DNA of 64,000 nt from Macrostomum lignano (Eukaryota): contig NIVC01000521.1 in NCBI GenBank assembly GCA_002269645.1, positions 248,001 through 312,000 of the forward strand, written 5' to 3'. The notes beneath the pieces are model-generated. The model ran no database searches and was not told the DNA's origin. It was given only the letters and a program-made list of their open reading frames with translations. Numbering within the stretch: position 1 is the stretch's first letter; each line of letters begins with the position of its first letter. The position numbers and the translations under genes are program-made. Below, one piece after another: positions 50,368 to 63,800 of the stretch.

Positions 50368-51460
50368 TGTAGCGGACACATGTACTTTTGACTGAGCCAG
50401 CCACTGCTGCTCAAACTGTCTATGGCCCAAATAAACTCGAGCCGTAAAAGGCCCAGCCGCAGCACTTTATTATAAGACAAGCGGTCTTCATCTCGCCGCA
50501 CGCGAGCCGCTTCAGTGGTGAGCCCGACTATACTCAGCCGTAGCTGAGTATTTCAAGCTTTTCGCCCGCTGCCTCGTCACAGTTTCGGCCACCAGGTCTT
50601 CCGAGTCCAGCCAAAGCCATCGGCCACCTCGATCCCTGCATCCGGCTCAGCGCTTCTGACTGGAGCCGCATCAAAGTGACCATGACCGATTCCTGGTCAC
50701 TGCGGTTATGCAGTAGGTGAGCAGTGCACTCCGGATAAGGGGCTCTCGCCTGCCAAAGTTTGCTGGCAACGCCCCATCCGACGCTGCGACGTCGATGCGG
50801 CTCACCTCGGCAACGCCTTGTCCCAGCAGCACAGGCGGACACGTCGGACGAAGCATCGGTGCACTTTTCTGCGCTGCAGGCCCCACCACGCTACCGACGG
50901 ATCACCACAATGGCATACGTACCAGCAGCATCATCATCAGCACAACCATCCACTGCTGCCGCTGCCCTCGGCCTCGAGAATGCTGGTGCCTATGACCTCA
51001 ACTGGCCCACAACGCCACCGGCCCGCAGCTCGCTCTATCCGCAGCAAAGTGCTCACACTTTTGGACAGTCCCTGAACACCCGCCATCGAGCCAGCCTCTG
51101 CACGCTTTCGATTTCTGTGCTACTAGCAGTTTCACATTACCAATTTAGACGCCCCAACCCGGTCATCCACTGCTGGTGACCCTTTTCTAACCCAGTCATT
51201 TCCATTGCGTTAGTGGCAAAGTAATCGCAGCCGACCCAGCCGTTTGCCACAGCAGCTGAGCTCCTGACGAGCACAATGCAAGAGCAACATTGTCTGGCTC
51301 TGGGGGGGAGTTGTGTAGCGGACACATGTACTTTTGACAGAGCCAGCCACTGCTGCTCAAACTGTCTATGGCCCAAATAAACTCGAGCCGTAAAAGGCCC
51401 AGCCGCAGCACTTTATTAAAAGACAAGCGGTCTTCATCTCGCCGCACGCGAGCCGCTTAA
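50368..51460 (+). mobile_element. TRIM-like miniature LTR retroelement (147-bp LTRs)
   Basis: LTRs 50368-50514 and 51314-51460 (TGTAGCGG...CCGCTT(C/A)A); PBS-like TGGTGAGCCCG at 50516; G-rich PPT 51302-51310; GTTG on both flanks; ~800-bp internal part without RT. Confidence 0.85.
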
Positions 51461-51478
51461 GTTGCGTTTATGTAAATA

Positions 51479-51623
51479 ATAAACGCCGTTTAATTCACAT
51501 TCTGTGGTTAGAATGTCCGAGGCTGCATTTAATGGTTCCGAGGCGAGCAAAGCGAGCCGAGGACCATTGATTGTAGCCGAGGATATTCTAACCATAGACT
51601 ATGGTGAATTAAGCGGCGTTTAT
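51479..51623. repeat. 145-bp imperfect palindrome upstream of the Crypton ORF
   Basis: ATAAACGCCGTTTAATTCAC...GTGAATTAAGCGGCGTTTAT arms with central CCGAGGCGAGCAAAGCGAGCCGAGG. Confidence 0.85.
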
Positions 51624-51833
51624 CATATATGAACTTCGATATCTTATTTTTCGGGGGCATCCCATCTGATTGATAGACATTATAGGCTTAGGCCATTTGA
51701 TTCCGACCATAGACAAATCAAATACGTTTCTCACGAAGATGCAGTCACGAAGCAGCCAGTCAATCAGTGGTGGCAAAAAGTAAAAGCCAAATTCAGAGTC
51801 GCTTCTACTTCAAAATAGAATCAAAAATACAAT

Positions 51834-53186
51834 ATGGAAGGCTTAGAAGACCTCAATTTTGACGCTTTCTTTGCTGCTGTCGGAATTGAGTCGACAACTC
51901 GAGTTTCTGCTGAGTCCCTGGACGAAGCTGCTCTAAAAAAAAGAATCGAAGAAAGTTTGCCTGCCGCTACCCGAGCGAAGGAAAAATGGGCAATGAAGTT
52001 ATTTAATCTATGGAAAGAGACGCGCGTCAATCGTCAATTGGCAGGCGAAGAGTCGGGACTTATGGTTCTCAAGCCAACCGAGGATCTAACGAAATCCGAC
52101 CTGAACCATTTGCTCCAGTATTTTGTGTTCGAAGTTCGTAAAGAGAATGGAGAAAAGTTTCCACCTGGCACCACCAAAGATCTAGTCTCCATGATCCAGC
52201 ACCACTTTGTTTACGGACTTAAACGGACTCTTTCCATTTGGACTGATGCCGAGTTCGCTGAAACGCGACGTGCGCTAGATGCTGCCATGCGAGAGACCGC
52301 CCGGGAAGGACAATTAAATGGTGGACGGGCAGCTGCACCAATTGCTTCGGATAGTTAGAATATCTTATGGGAGCGAGGTCTATTAGGAGATGATTCTCCG
52401 AAGGTGCTACTCAACATCCTAATATTCATGATCGGTAAAGTCTTTGGATTGCGAGGCGGTAGTGAGTTACACAGACTCGAAATCAACAAGCAGCTGCAGC
52501 TATCTATCGAGGGAACGGACGAGGTTCTCGTGTACAAAGAGAGTTCCGTTTCAAAGACAAGGCCTGGTGGTTTGAAAACATTTAATAGGCCGCTCAAGCA
52601 AAATTCAGTGTTTCATACTCCCGGTCACGTTCGTTGCCTAGTGTGTCTGTATAAGAAGTACGTTGGTTATCGTCCGCCAGACTGCTCTAAGCCGCAGCTA
52701 TTTCTATCGTGCATCCGCAAGGAAGACACTATTCGCTCCGGCAAGTGGTACCAAAATCAATCGCTTGGTGTCCACAGTTTGGAAGCTGTTGTTCGGAATC
52801 TGCTTGTTGGTCTACCTGAACCAAGTTCAGGGCGCTACACGAATCAGAGTCTTAGAAAGACCTGTGCCACCACGCTTCGGGATGCTGGAATTTCAAGGCC
52901 AGAAATCGCTCGTTTTACCGGTCATTCTTCATCTGCGATGGAGCGATACATCGGGCCATCAGCTAAAGTTGCTCGACTGGCCTCTGATGTTCTGCAGAAC
53001 GTTTCTGTCTCGTCTGGATCATCAGCCTCGTCTGTTGAACCGTCTGAGCAAACTCGCGCTGTCTCGGCGTCAGCTGGTGAATCGTCGGTGCAAGTCGGCG
53101 CCGATCGAGTCACAGACGGGCGTCGTCTAGGTGTCAAGTCTATTGTCGTTGAAGATGGGCGGCTGGAAATAACGTTCCGTGACTAA
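51834..53186 (+). pseudogene. Crypton-type (DUF3504-like) tyrosine recombinase, one in-frame TAG at 52356-52358
   Basis: KWAMKLFNLW, FVFEVRKENGEKFPP, GLLGDDSP, FGLRGGSE, YTNQSLRKTCAT, TGHSSSAMERY; two ORFs in one frame. Confidence 0.9.
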
Positions 53187-54618
53187 GAGGATGTACATGT
53201 AAGAACTCTCATCCGTAAACTGTTTGAATTGAATCATACAATTAGTTGAGTATGTAAGTTTCATTGTCGTGTGAGTTGTTGGTTGCTAAATATAATGCTG
53301 GCTTGTTCACTTCAATTTTCATATAATGCTCCTGATTTCGAAGAGATTATATCATATAATCTCCTAGTTTTTGTCCAATAATCTCTCCAAAAACTACTAT
53401 AGACAACACATTCCCGGCTCAGAATAGTACAAATTTTTAACGATTAAATAAGCAATCGTAGTTTATATAAAATACAATTTGAATCGGGTTTCTTTCCAAG
53501 CGTGCGTTGTGCGGAGCTCAGAGCGAGTGATTCGTTGCCTATTGCACTTCATACATTAGACTCGATAGATCGATATTCGTAAATCTGAGTGCGAATATAT
53601 ATAAATTGATTATTAGCTCATTAGAAGTTAGATTCAACCTCATTTTGAATCAATCTGAGTTCGCTTAGGATTCCGTTGCTACCGCCACATGATCGCTGGA
53701 AGTTCCCATAATCACATTAAGCTAATAACGTTAACTTCCAACCCATTCGCGTCTTCACCTGGCTTTGTTATTCGGTATTCGTCACACTAAATTCATTCAC
53801 ATATACAAGTAAGTAATATAGAAGTAATTAAATATACAAGTAAAACAAACTTAGGGTAGTATAGATTTAGTATAGATTAGATTAGATATAAATATAGATT
53901 ATTTAGATTCCATAATAAAAGTAACAAATGTCAATGTTAACGATCCGAAAAATCTTAAAAAAAATTTACACTGTTACATAAGTAATTATGTTTGTTCTTA
54001 CTTCAATGCAGTTATTACCGTTAAAGGTTGTTCACACCGCCCTTGGAGTTTTTGAGTTTTGCCTGATCACACAGCTGTAAATGCTTTTTCGTAGCTTGGT
54101 TCATCAATGGTATGAGTTTATGATTAATTTCATGACGATGTGAACAAGCCTTTACATTACAAGCCTAATAGAACAAGCTAAAGAACGCGGAACGTGAGTA
54201 GAAATGGAAATTTAGCTAAATAGATAAGTTATAATATTTTTATAGATATTACTATCTATTGATAGACATTTAAAATGAAAATAAGAAATGGCAAAAGAAC
54301 CCAGTTACATGTGGTTAGCAAACGTAATGGAGATTAATAAACAGGAATTCGAGCTCGTAGGGTATACAGAACGTCAAATGGTACTTGCTTTGGATGGCGA
54401 GTTAAAAAGTAAAAAAATACGAGCTCGTAATTTAAAATATTTAATAACAACGCACGTTATCGTTGTTATTCTTTGAAGTAGGAAACGGTTAGATCATTAA
54501 ACACTATGTAGCCAACTAGCTTTGATAACTAAAAATTAGTAATCTGATGCAACCTTGAAGTTTTCTTTCTCCCCAAGTTGCCACCATCTACGAGCTACTT
54601 TTTAGTAAATGTAGCCGA

Positions 54619-55600
54619 TCAGTTTTTCTCAAGCTTTTCTAGCTCCAACTGGCGTATCTTTTCCTTCAGCATTCTGTTTTCCTCTTGCAGTTTTCGCTCT
54701 CGTTCAAACTGGTCCTCCCTTTCTTTATAGAGAGTCAGCACGTACTCAATCGACGCTCTGATGTCTTTAAGAGCAGTCTCATCCGTTGCCAATTTTTCCG
54801 GCAGGCTTTCCAGTTCCGTAAGCTGAGTTCCGAGATTGGCGATTTTCTCATTCAGCTCGTTAAGTCTTTATTGAATTTCTTTGAATCAAGGTGAGTCATC
54901 ACACCTATGGCAACTGCGCCTCCGCCTGCTGCTATAGCTGTGGCGCCCAAGGCGGCAGCACCAGCCCAAGTTAATCCGAATGTGAAGAACCCAGCAATGC
55001 CCAGGGCCACGCACCGATGCCACACACGGTCGCACCAGCCACTCCACCTGCTTTTTTAAATCTGGCTTCTTTCTCCAATTTCTGCTTATCCTCTTCAAAC
55101 TTTTGTTGCAGACGCTCACAAACTTGCTTGGCAGCTTTGATTTTCGCTTTAAAATTTCCGATTGATTTAGCGAACGTTTCAGCCAACTTTAGAATAGTTT
55201 CTATCTTCTTGATGCAGTTTTCAACAGTGCTAATTTCAATTGACTGGCTGCTGTTGGCTTTTGTTGTTGGTTTTTGATGTTCGTCGGTTGGCAAGTCAGA
55301 TGATTTTCCCTTAACCGCTTGCTTGAGGAACTCAGTCAGCTCGTTTTCTTGCATTGACAGAGTTCTACTCACAGCAAGCACATCTTCTCCAGGTTTGCAA
55401 AGCTCCTTCATCGCCTGTTGAAGGTCTCTCTCGATGTCACTTTTCGGATCGATGTCTTCTGCACTCTTTGCAACAGAAAGGATTGTTTCCACTTGCTTCG
55501 AAAGACTTTCGTTCAGACTGAGAATTCTATGCCCAATATCCATTGCCTTTGTCCATTGAGCAACGTCGGACAGCATGGTTGACGCACTTGGAGTCGCCAT
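54619..55600 (-). pseudogene. Paralog of the 35980 gene with two apparent single-base deletions
   Basis: 209-aa ORF leads into GIG[A]VALGIAGFFTFGLTWAGAAALGATAIAAGGGAVAIG after a shift near 55010; after a shift near 54868 it reads LNELNEKIANLG...EENRMLKEKIRQLELEKLEKN*. Confidence 0.8.
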
Positions 55601-56219
55601 CGTGTTGCAGCAGATGGTACTGAAAATATTTAGGATTATTGAAAAACTTATAGTTTATCTTACTATTGACTAACTTATTAGCTAAAGTATTACATGTACT
55701 TCGTATTAGCAGCAACTCGATTCGGGTAACTCCCATGAAGTCCAATATACAGTTAAATCGATTTTTCAGATTTTTAAATAATTGCTTATTTCAGGCCTTC
55801 AAACAGTATCAACTGATAGTCACCTTCTTAATCTAAAAAATCGGTACGAGCGTTGAGATTGAATTCAATTAATTCCATAAGATAAGTGTTAACCGCGTTA
55901 CTCTGACTATGCGACTCTGCATGGTTCTGGATTAACGAGCTCATCCTTGTTTGGAATGGCTAATGAAACTAGTACGTACTTGCTTCAAGATTCATTCTGT
56001 AGTGTACTCTCCTATAGAAGTGATATTATCACTCTATTAAAGCTTTGAAAAACATGTTTGAGACCGAAATGAATATTAATTTTAGAACACTAAAACTTAC
56101 GAAAGCTAGCTTCGAACCCTATAAGGAAGTAGAGCGGACAGGCAGGAAAGAATTGCAGCTTTTGTGTTTTGCGCTAAAAACTGCAAACTGCCATCTCGCT
56201 GATGCGTTTTGAAACGAAC

Positions 56220-56263
56220 GAGTAGTAGTAGTACTAGTAGTAGTAGTAGTGTAGTAGTAGTAT

Positions 56264-56332
<69 letters not shown>

Positions 56333-56417
56333 AAGTAGTAGTAGTAGTAATTGTTGTTGTTGTTGTTGTTGTTGTAGTAGAAGTAGTAGTAGTAGTTGTT
56401 GTTGTAGTAGTAGAAGT
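56220..56417. repeat. (GTA)n/(GTT)n microsatellite
   Basis: Direct inspection. Confidence 0.98.
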
Positions 56418-57171
56418 AGCATTAAATACTGAGACTTACACACAAGAGTAGCGATTGTAGTGGCTCAAGTTTACAAAATGTATACGCTTGAACTTGGTCA
56501 GATCGCGGACACTAAATCTTACTGGATTTTCGAGACGAGCTGCGACTTAAATAGCCATTTTTCAAAAAAGGAAGTTACTTTTTCATTGTACAGTTAGTTG
56601 CGGAAAATCCGTGGAAAATTCGGGGGAATTCTATCGTAGGAATACACTTTGTCTGACTGTCTCTGACCGAATCTGCTGCTCTTAGGGTAAGAGTAGACTG
56701 CATGCGGGTGAAGAAGAATTAGTCATTTTTCGTTCTATTGATTTCTACTTAACCAATGCAACGAGATTGGCCTGGGCTTATCGCCACAACCCTTGACGGC
56801 CGAGATACAAGGGCCAAACTGGCCTGTGCAAGTTTTCAAGGGATTTTAAATTGACGAAGTTCCCTTTATTTTGTGCAGTGGCATTGGGTGTACATTAGAA
56901 AACAAAACAAATGAGATTCCACATCGTTTTACTCTCATAAGCTCTTACATTGAATACGAGTATTTTACTCTGAATAGATTAGTTATGCGACGTAAGGACG
57001 AGAATCACGAAATCGAATTCTTTAGACATTAAAAGTACATGTACATGTAGAGCATATGCTACTTCTAAGGTAAATATGAATAAAAAATTAAAAAAACAAA
57101 TAATAAAATCCTCGAACAATGGACAAAAATGGACAAAAACAATGCCTTAAATATGCATAAAAAGTCAGGTA

Positions 57172-57425
57172 GGTGAGTTCGACGGCATAGGAGGAGAACT
57201 CGACAATGCTCTGGATAGTCTGAGCGATTCGGGTGATATACATGTACAGTCGCCGGTTTATTCACGGTCGCCGAAAGTATGGTTAAGAATATGGAGATCG
57301 CGATGAAGTTCGTCAAGGAGAACGATAGGCCGAGAGAGGAGCAGGAAAGCCTGCGAAAAAGAAATGGATAGGAGCTAGAAAGACATCGTGCTTCTGGCGA
57401 TGCAGCTCCCAAGAAGTTGGGCTGA
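57172..57425 (+). pseudogene. 3' fragment of a third paralog of the 35980 gene
   Basis: GEFDGIGGELDNALDSLSDSGD..VAGLFTVAESMVKNMEIAMKFVKE versus GEFDDQRGKLDDALRDLNSLGDSITGLFTVTEKMVENMEIAMRIFKE. Confidence 0.85.
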
Positions 57426-60400
57426 GTGATATTCTGGCGGCGACACATGTTTACTGATAAGATTTGGCTTACAAATTTATTTTTAATAAAATTTCTCAAG
57501 ACTGTATACGAACTATTAATTAGTTTTTACGTGTTTCTGGAGGCTTTTGTTTCTGCTGTGCTGTTATTTGTATCATGCATCATGAACCAGCTGAATTTTA
57601 TTTTTACTGATTTTTTTCTTGCATGCGTCTTGAAAAACACTGTATTACAATGAGTACGAGTATAACAGTGACGGTTCCCTAAAACAGTTCAGCCCCCAAA
57701 ACTGTTATTAGTTAGTTTTTTTATATTTTCGCATGTGCCTGCAAAGCTTAATGAAATATAATCCTCATTTAATTGATAGGTTGGAGTAATTAATGACAAA
57801 CCTTTTTGCTCGTCAGTATATGAAGGCTAACCACAAAAGTTAAGGCAAAGCAAAGGTTGCAACATGGATAGCTCAAAACCATTAATGCAACATACAAAAA
57901 GCGGATTATCAGATCTCAAGCGTCAAACTGCCATTAGTGTCATAGTAACATTAAAAATATGAAGAATTGACTTGTGACAGAAATTGGTAGAAAATTTGAT
58001 CTATAAACTGATTATGAAGTTAAAGCTTTTAAAAGTGACCGACCATTTTTTTCTGCCATGTGAAACTTCGAGCTAGAGTTAATTAGGTCGAGCTTGTGTC
58101 GTATGTAGTTTTGAGCCTGTACTGTGTGAAGCTTTGAGCTAAGGAATTTTACTTCGGCGATGTGAAATTTTCAGCTTGTGAAATCAACATAAATTCATAA
58201 GTTGTAATTTCCAGAAATTTTGTAATTATACATTTAAACCCAACAATCAGCTAACACGCAACGAAAAAGGGGAATGGCATCTGACTGCTCGATTAATTAA
58301 CAAATTGGTCGAGCTAATGTGTAAACCCATACATGCTTGGTCGAAGTTTGAACCTCAATATTATTAACGAAGCAGCCGTAACCAAGACAGATAGGACCGC
58401 AGTAGTTGCGCCACCGACCGTGCACGCTTGCGCACACTTTGGACTTACAGTTTAAAAGCTTTATCTTTAAAACAAAGTAAACACTTTTCTGCTTCGGAGT
58501 TTAGAATACTTATTTATTATTTCAGTAATAAAGTGGATTTATCATGTATTCACTTGCGATTAATAAGGCGTATTGAAATTTAAAGGTTCAGCATTAAAAA
58601 GTAAGTTTTTTTAAAACGAAGCTTTCATCGAAATGATCCCACCTCATGGAGTCATGGGCCACGCGTGCGTGACATAATACATGTAGTCACAAACCTAGAT
58701 TGTAAACTGCGACTCTGCACCACACGCTAAGACTGCCACCTTTCTTACTGTACTGCTGTGCAGCCGTACTGACTATTCATGTATTGAGAAAGGCTTCCAC
58801 GTTCCACTCTTATTATACGGAGTTCAGTGGCTACTGGCTGTGGCCCAGCACCAAGCAGTCGCAGACAACAGTAGCAAGCAAAACAAAATCGAGAAAGAAA
58901 CTTCATAACATACAAAATATTACTATTCAACGGATATAGTGACCTTCAGTATTTCAGTTAAAACATTTTATCCCCAGGGACCTGGGATTCTTTGCTTAAC
59001 TTCCTAAATAAGTAATTTATTTACTATATACACCTATGCTATGACTATATAAATAACAAAGCTGTAAAAAGCAAAATGACTATATTTTATGTTTTTACAG
59101 TCATAAGAAAATATTTCATTAATGAATTGATACTGAGTTTTAGTTAGTTATAAATGGTGTATGCAAGGGAAAGGGGCCAAGGCCAAGGGGCTATGCTATG
59201 CCTTTTCCAATTGCTTAGGGGATAAGAAAGGTTTGTGGTATGGCAGCCAGCAGGCTGAGTACCACTTTCCACTGTTCTCCACCTTTTACTGTCCTGCCAG
59301 TACATGAAAAAAGCTCTTTTATAGTTGCACCTCCCCAAAAGTCCTTTATTGTTGTATTAATAATGGTCTGGTCTTCCAATGGAGGATCCTATATATACCA
59401 ACATATTAAATTGTTTTTTTAATTTTAATTAATATAAATATTTTTATAGCCTCATGATGAATAAAGCAAGAAGATGGCTTTTTTGTTATATAGCAGATAA
59501 TTGGATTAATCTATGATCTAGCAGATTAGTAGCCAATTTCACCCTTAGCATAAATTTGCAGATCTAGTTATATAGATTGATACTTAATTTGATGTACCTT
59601 GCAAAGGCCAACCAGGATTCAATTGATTGGTTGGCAGGTAGGCCTAGGCCAAGGTAGACAGTAGAAAGGTTGAAGGCAAGGAGGCTAAATAGCTAAGGGG
59701 CCCGCAAGCTTAGAGTAAGAAAGTGCAGGGTTTTCTTTTTGTCCAGACAAAGATAAGATGCAAAACCACACCCTATGCTCACTTTCATGGTGCAATTTTA
59801 AGACTCAGAGTGCAATTTCTCTTATTTTATAAAGGCAGTACAAATAAGACTTCAGTGGAAAAATAGGTTATGAGTGTATATGCACATTCTGCGTGCAAAA
59901 AATAAACCTAAATAAAGTGAGAAGTGCAGCAAAGAGGCAAAGGGAAAGAGCAGCTGCTGACTGCTTAAAGAATATAAGTAATGGTATATATATGAGATAA
60001 GGAGATACAATGAATATGCTTCTACAAATGACATTGCCATAGCTTTTTGTTATAGGCATCTTTATTCTCTGATTATAGATCCCACTGATGTCACCAGCTG
60101 TTACAGGTGTCTTTGTTCTCTGAAATCTTATAGATCCCATTGATGCCACTAGCTGTGATAGGTGTTATTTCTATCCTCTAAAACAATCCTATACCAATTT
60201 AACCACCAAAGTTGGCCTACTATTAATGTGTCTAATTATTTTATTTCTTAGAATCAGTTGGCTTAGTGCATTTCTGGGTAGCATTCTATGTACAGTGTAT
60301 AATTCTGGTAGCATCTAATGTCTAATTCTAGAAGCATCTAATGTATTAAAGGGTCTGAGTAGTCTAGTACTGGTATAGATATATGTCCAATTGGGCATTA

Positions 60401-60802
60401 CCAAGATCAGAGTGTCACAGCAAAAACTCTCAGTATTCCTTTGTATAATTCTCCAACTCCTACTCTTAATAACCCTTCTATACTATTCTTAAGTTGGGCT
60501 TTGAAATAAAAAACACTTGACTTTGAACTCTGAGTATTTGAATTGAACCACTAGAGACTTTTAGCTCATGAATAGGTTGCTTTATTTGTTGCAAAAAGCA
60601 CTCCCATAAATAGCAGATTTTCCTTTACTCATTAAAACAAAAAATAATTCAGCTTTTTATTCAGAAAGTCTAATAAAAAAACTTAATTTTGGTATCATGC
60701 ACAAATTCAACTTCCTAATAAAAAGTAGAATATTATTAGTGCTACTTAAAAAATTCTATTCTAGACTAAAAACTAAGTGAAAAAGAAATTTATAAATATC
60801 AA

Positions 60803-63800
60803 CTAGTTGTGGGACGATGGAGCCAGTAAGTAGTATAGAAAAAAATGCGAGCGAAGCGAGAATTTTTTTCTATACTGCTTACTTTTGCGAAATCGTCCCT
60901 GATAAGATGTGCAACAGATGTGACACACTAAAAATGACGTTTTTCAACTTTGAAACGCTGCGCATAAAAAACGGTACGACCGATTTACAAACGGTTTTTG
61001 CCAAAATGCGTCAAAGACCTAGGGCTAACAGATCCGCAGTGTTTGGTTGTCATGGCGACGCGTTTTGGTTGCCATGGCAACCAAAAACTGCGTTTTTTCG
61101 ACATTGTCAAAAAATTTGATCTCAAAAAATAAGGATTGAGAATATGGCAGCGCTTAGCGAGTGGGCTCAGCAGACGCGGGCATTCGAACGCTAAAATGAT
61201 CCGAAATGGATTTTTTGATTGTACTTTAACTTTACAGGTAAAAGTACAAAAAACGTGTTTTTTGAGGTCAAAAAATAGGCATTTTTTTCAACTTTGCCTT
61301 ACCGCAGCGAAAAGGACGCGCTTTCGCGCGGCCTTTGAGCTGCCTCCTAGCCTTAAAAACACTTAAGGCTGTTTGATGCGCTAAATTTTTTTCGGCTAAA
61401 ATGTACTTTTCACATGGCTGCCTATCTGCACTTTAAAAGTACAAATTTTTAGTGCACTTTTTAGAGGCCTATCTCGTCGAGATTAAAAACTTTATTTTTT
61501 AATATTTCTACACCAAATTACTCAAATGGATGTCTTCTATTCGGAAACATTGAGATCTGGCCGATTGGGCCATCAATAACCTGCCCAGGTGCCAAAGAGT
61601 GCCTAAAAACGACATTTTCGAAAAATTGGGTCACGTTTTTAAAAAGTAGTCCCAAAAAATAAGAAAGTGTTTTATGCTACGGTGTTGAGACTTTAACACA
61701 ACGTGTCAAACATTTGGAAATTTGTTTTCCCAAATTTTCTAAGCATTTGGACCTACCTGTGCTGAGCAGTGACCCGGAAACCAGGGAAAAAAGAGGCCGG
61801 GGGCTCTGCAGAAAATCAAACGTTGTTAAGGAAATTTTTTTAAAATGGGGCGAATTTTTTCGAGTGTAGTGTCAAATTGTAGCCCATCGGATGCCCTTTT
61901 GAATGACATAAGACACTCCTGAAAAAAACCCTGTCAACAGGTACTTTTTACCTGTTAATTGAAAAACGGCCCATTTGGGGGTACAAACTTTGGAGTGGAA
62001 AAATAAGAAATTTTGCGCACCGATTTTTCTGCATTTTCAATATTGTTTAGTCGAATAGCTAAAGTTTCACCGGTCATACGCCAATATGGCTGGAAAATTC
62101 GTATTTTTGAGCAAACTGCATCTGATTTTTAAAAATGCAATTTTTCGGCCAATTTTTTGTACATGTTTTTCAACCTTGCCCGTACTGCAGCGAAAAGGAT
62201 GCGCAATAGCGCGGCTTTTGAGCTGCTGCCTAATGTCAACAACACCTGGGGCTTTTAGATGCGCTATAATTTTTTGGGCTAAAATGTACTTTTGACATGG
62301 CTGCCTATCTGCACTTTAAAAGTACAAACCGTTTGTGCACTTTAAAGAGGCTTATCCTATACAGATGCAAATCTTGATTTTTTCAATTTTTCAACCCAAA
62401 TCACTCAAATGGATGTCTTTTATTCGGAAATGCTGAGATCTGCTTGATTGGGCCATTCATTGCTGCTCTATATGGCTACAAGGGTCAAAAAGAGTGTTTT
62501 TGAAAATTTAGGTCACGTTTTCAAAAAGTAGTCTCCAAAAATAAGAAAGTGTTTTAAGCTACGGTGTTGAGATTTTAACAAAACGTGTCAAACATATGGA
62601 AATTTGTTTTCCTAAATTTTCTAAGCATTTGGACCTACCGGTGCGGAGCAGTGACCCGGAAACCGGGGAAAAAAGAGGCCAGGGGACTCGACCAAAAAAG
62701 CATATGTTGTTAAAGAAAAATTTTTATTACTGGGCGAATTTTTTCGAGTGTGGTGTCAAATTGTAGCCCATCGGATGCCCGTTCGAATGGCGCAAGACAC
62801 TCTGGAAAAAATACCTGTTAACAGGTACTTTTTACCTGTTAAGTGAAAAACGGCCCATTTGGGGTACAAACTTTGAAGTCGAAAAATAAGAAATTTTGCG
62901 CACCGATTTTTCTGCATTTTCAATATTGTTTAGTCGAATAGCTGAAGTTTCACCGGTCATACGCCAATATGGCTGGAAAATTCGTATTTTTGAGAAAATT
63001 GGCTCCGAATTTTGAGTAGGCCATTTTTGGGCAAATTTTGAGCACACTTTTGCTAATAACTCTGCATTGGCGAGACCTAGAGACTCAAGTTTGGTGTCTA
63101 AAAACAGCATTATGGATGCACTATGCAACTAAATAAGTTTTGAAAACTGATTCTTAGGTTAACAGGTCTTAATACCTGTTTGAATACCTGTCAGAACAGG
63201 TGAAAATTCATATTGTGGCGCCTAGCAGCCGAAAAAATTTGTTGACATAGTTTGAAAATGCATTGGATGAATGCGCCTTGATGTTATCTCTGTAACGACA
63301 TGCGACTCGTATTTTTAGGTTAAGGCGTTGCGATGCAGCGAGCAGAAATGTATGAAAAAGCAGCAAAAATCGTATAAGTGGCTACCATACATACGGAATA
63401 TTCGATATAAAGGGCGTGCACTGTAGAGCTTCGCTTAAGCGAGAGATGGATCGGGGGCGAAGGCAGTTGCTTTGTAAACTTCATGTACCCGGGTTCGAAT
63501 CTCAAGTGGGTCAGGTTTTTTTTATATTTAATTTTTATAGCAGAAACGGATTTATTAATATTTTTAATTCTCTTTCACTTGAATATAATTTAATATTAAT
63601 TGTTTAATTTTCCTTTCCTTGTATACCTTATTAAAGAGTAAGAGTGAAGCTGAAAGTGCGGCACAGATGATTTGTTAGTGCAGAAAGAATATTACGATAC
63701 ATATCGGCAAGTATGTGTTGCGTGGTCGCCAGAAGGCTTACAAGCAGTTTTAGCGTGCTAAAAAGATGTGTTAGAGGTGGGAAAAGTTGCGGAGGGGTTA

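Noticed and set aside
50534-51179. Overlapping 70-140 aa ORFs inside the TRIM
   Set aside because: GC-rich chance ORFs with no gag or pol motif.
56209-56451. Poly-Val and poly-Leu ORFs
   Set aside because: Translations of a (GTA)n/(GTT)n microsatellite.
57430-60780. Short ORFs and a ~58-bp tandem pair near 60075-60170
   Set aside because: AT-rich intergenic sequence with no supportable coding or structural signal.
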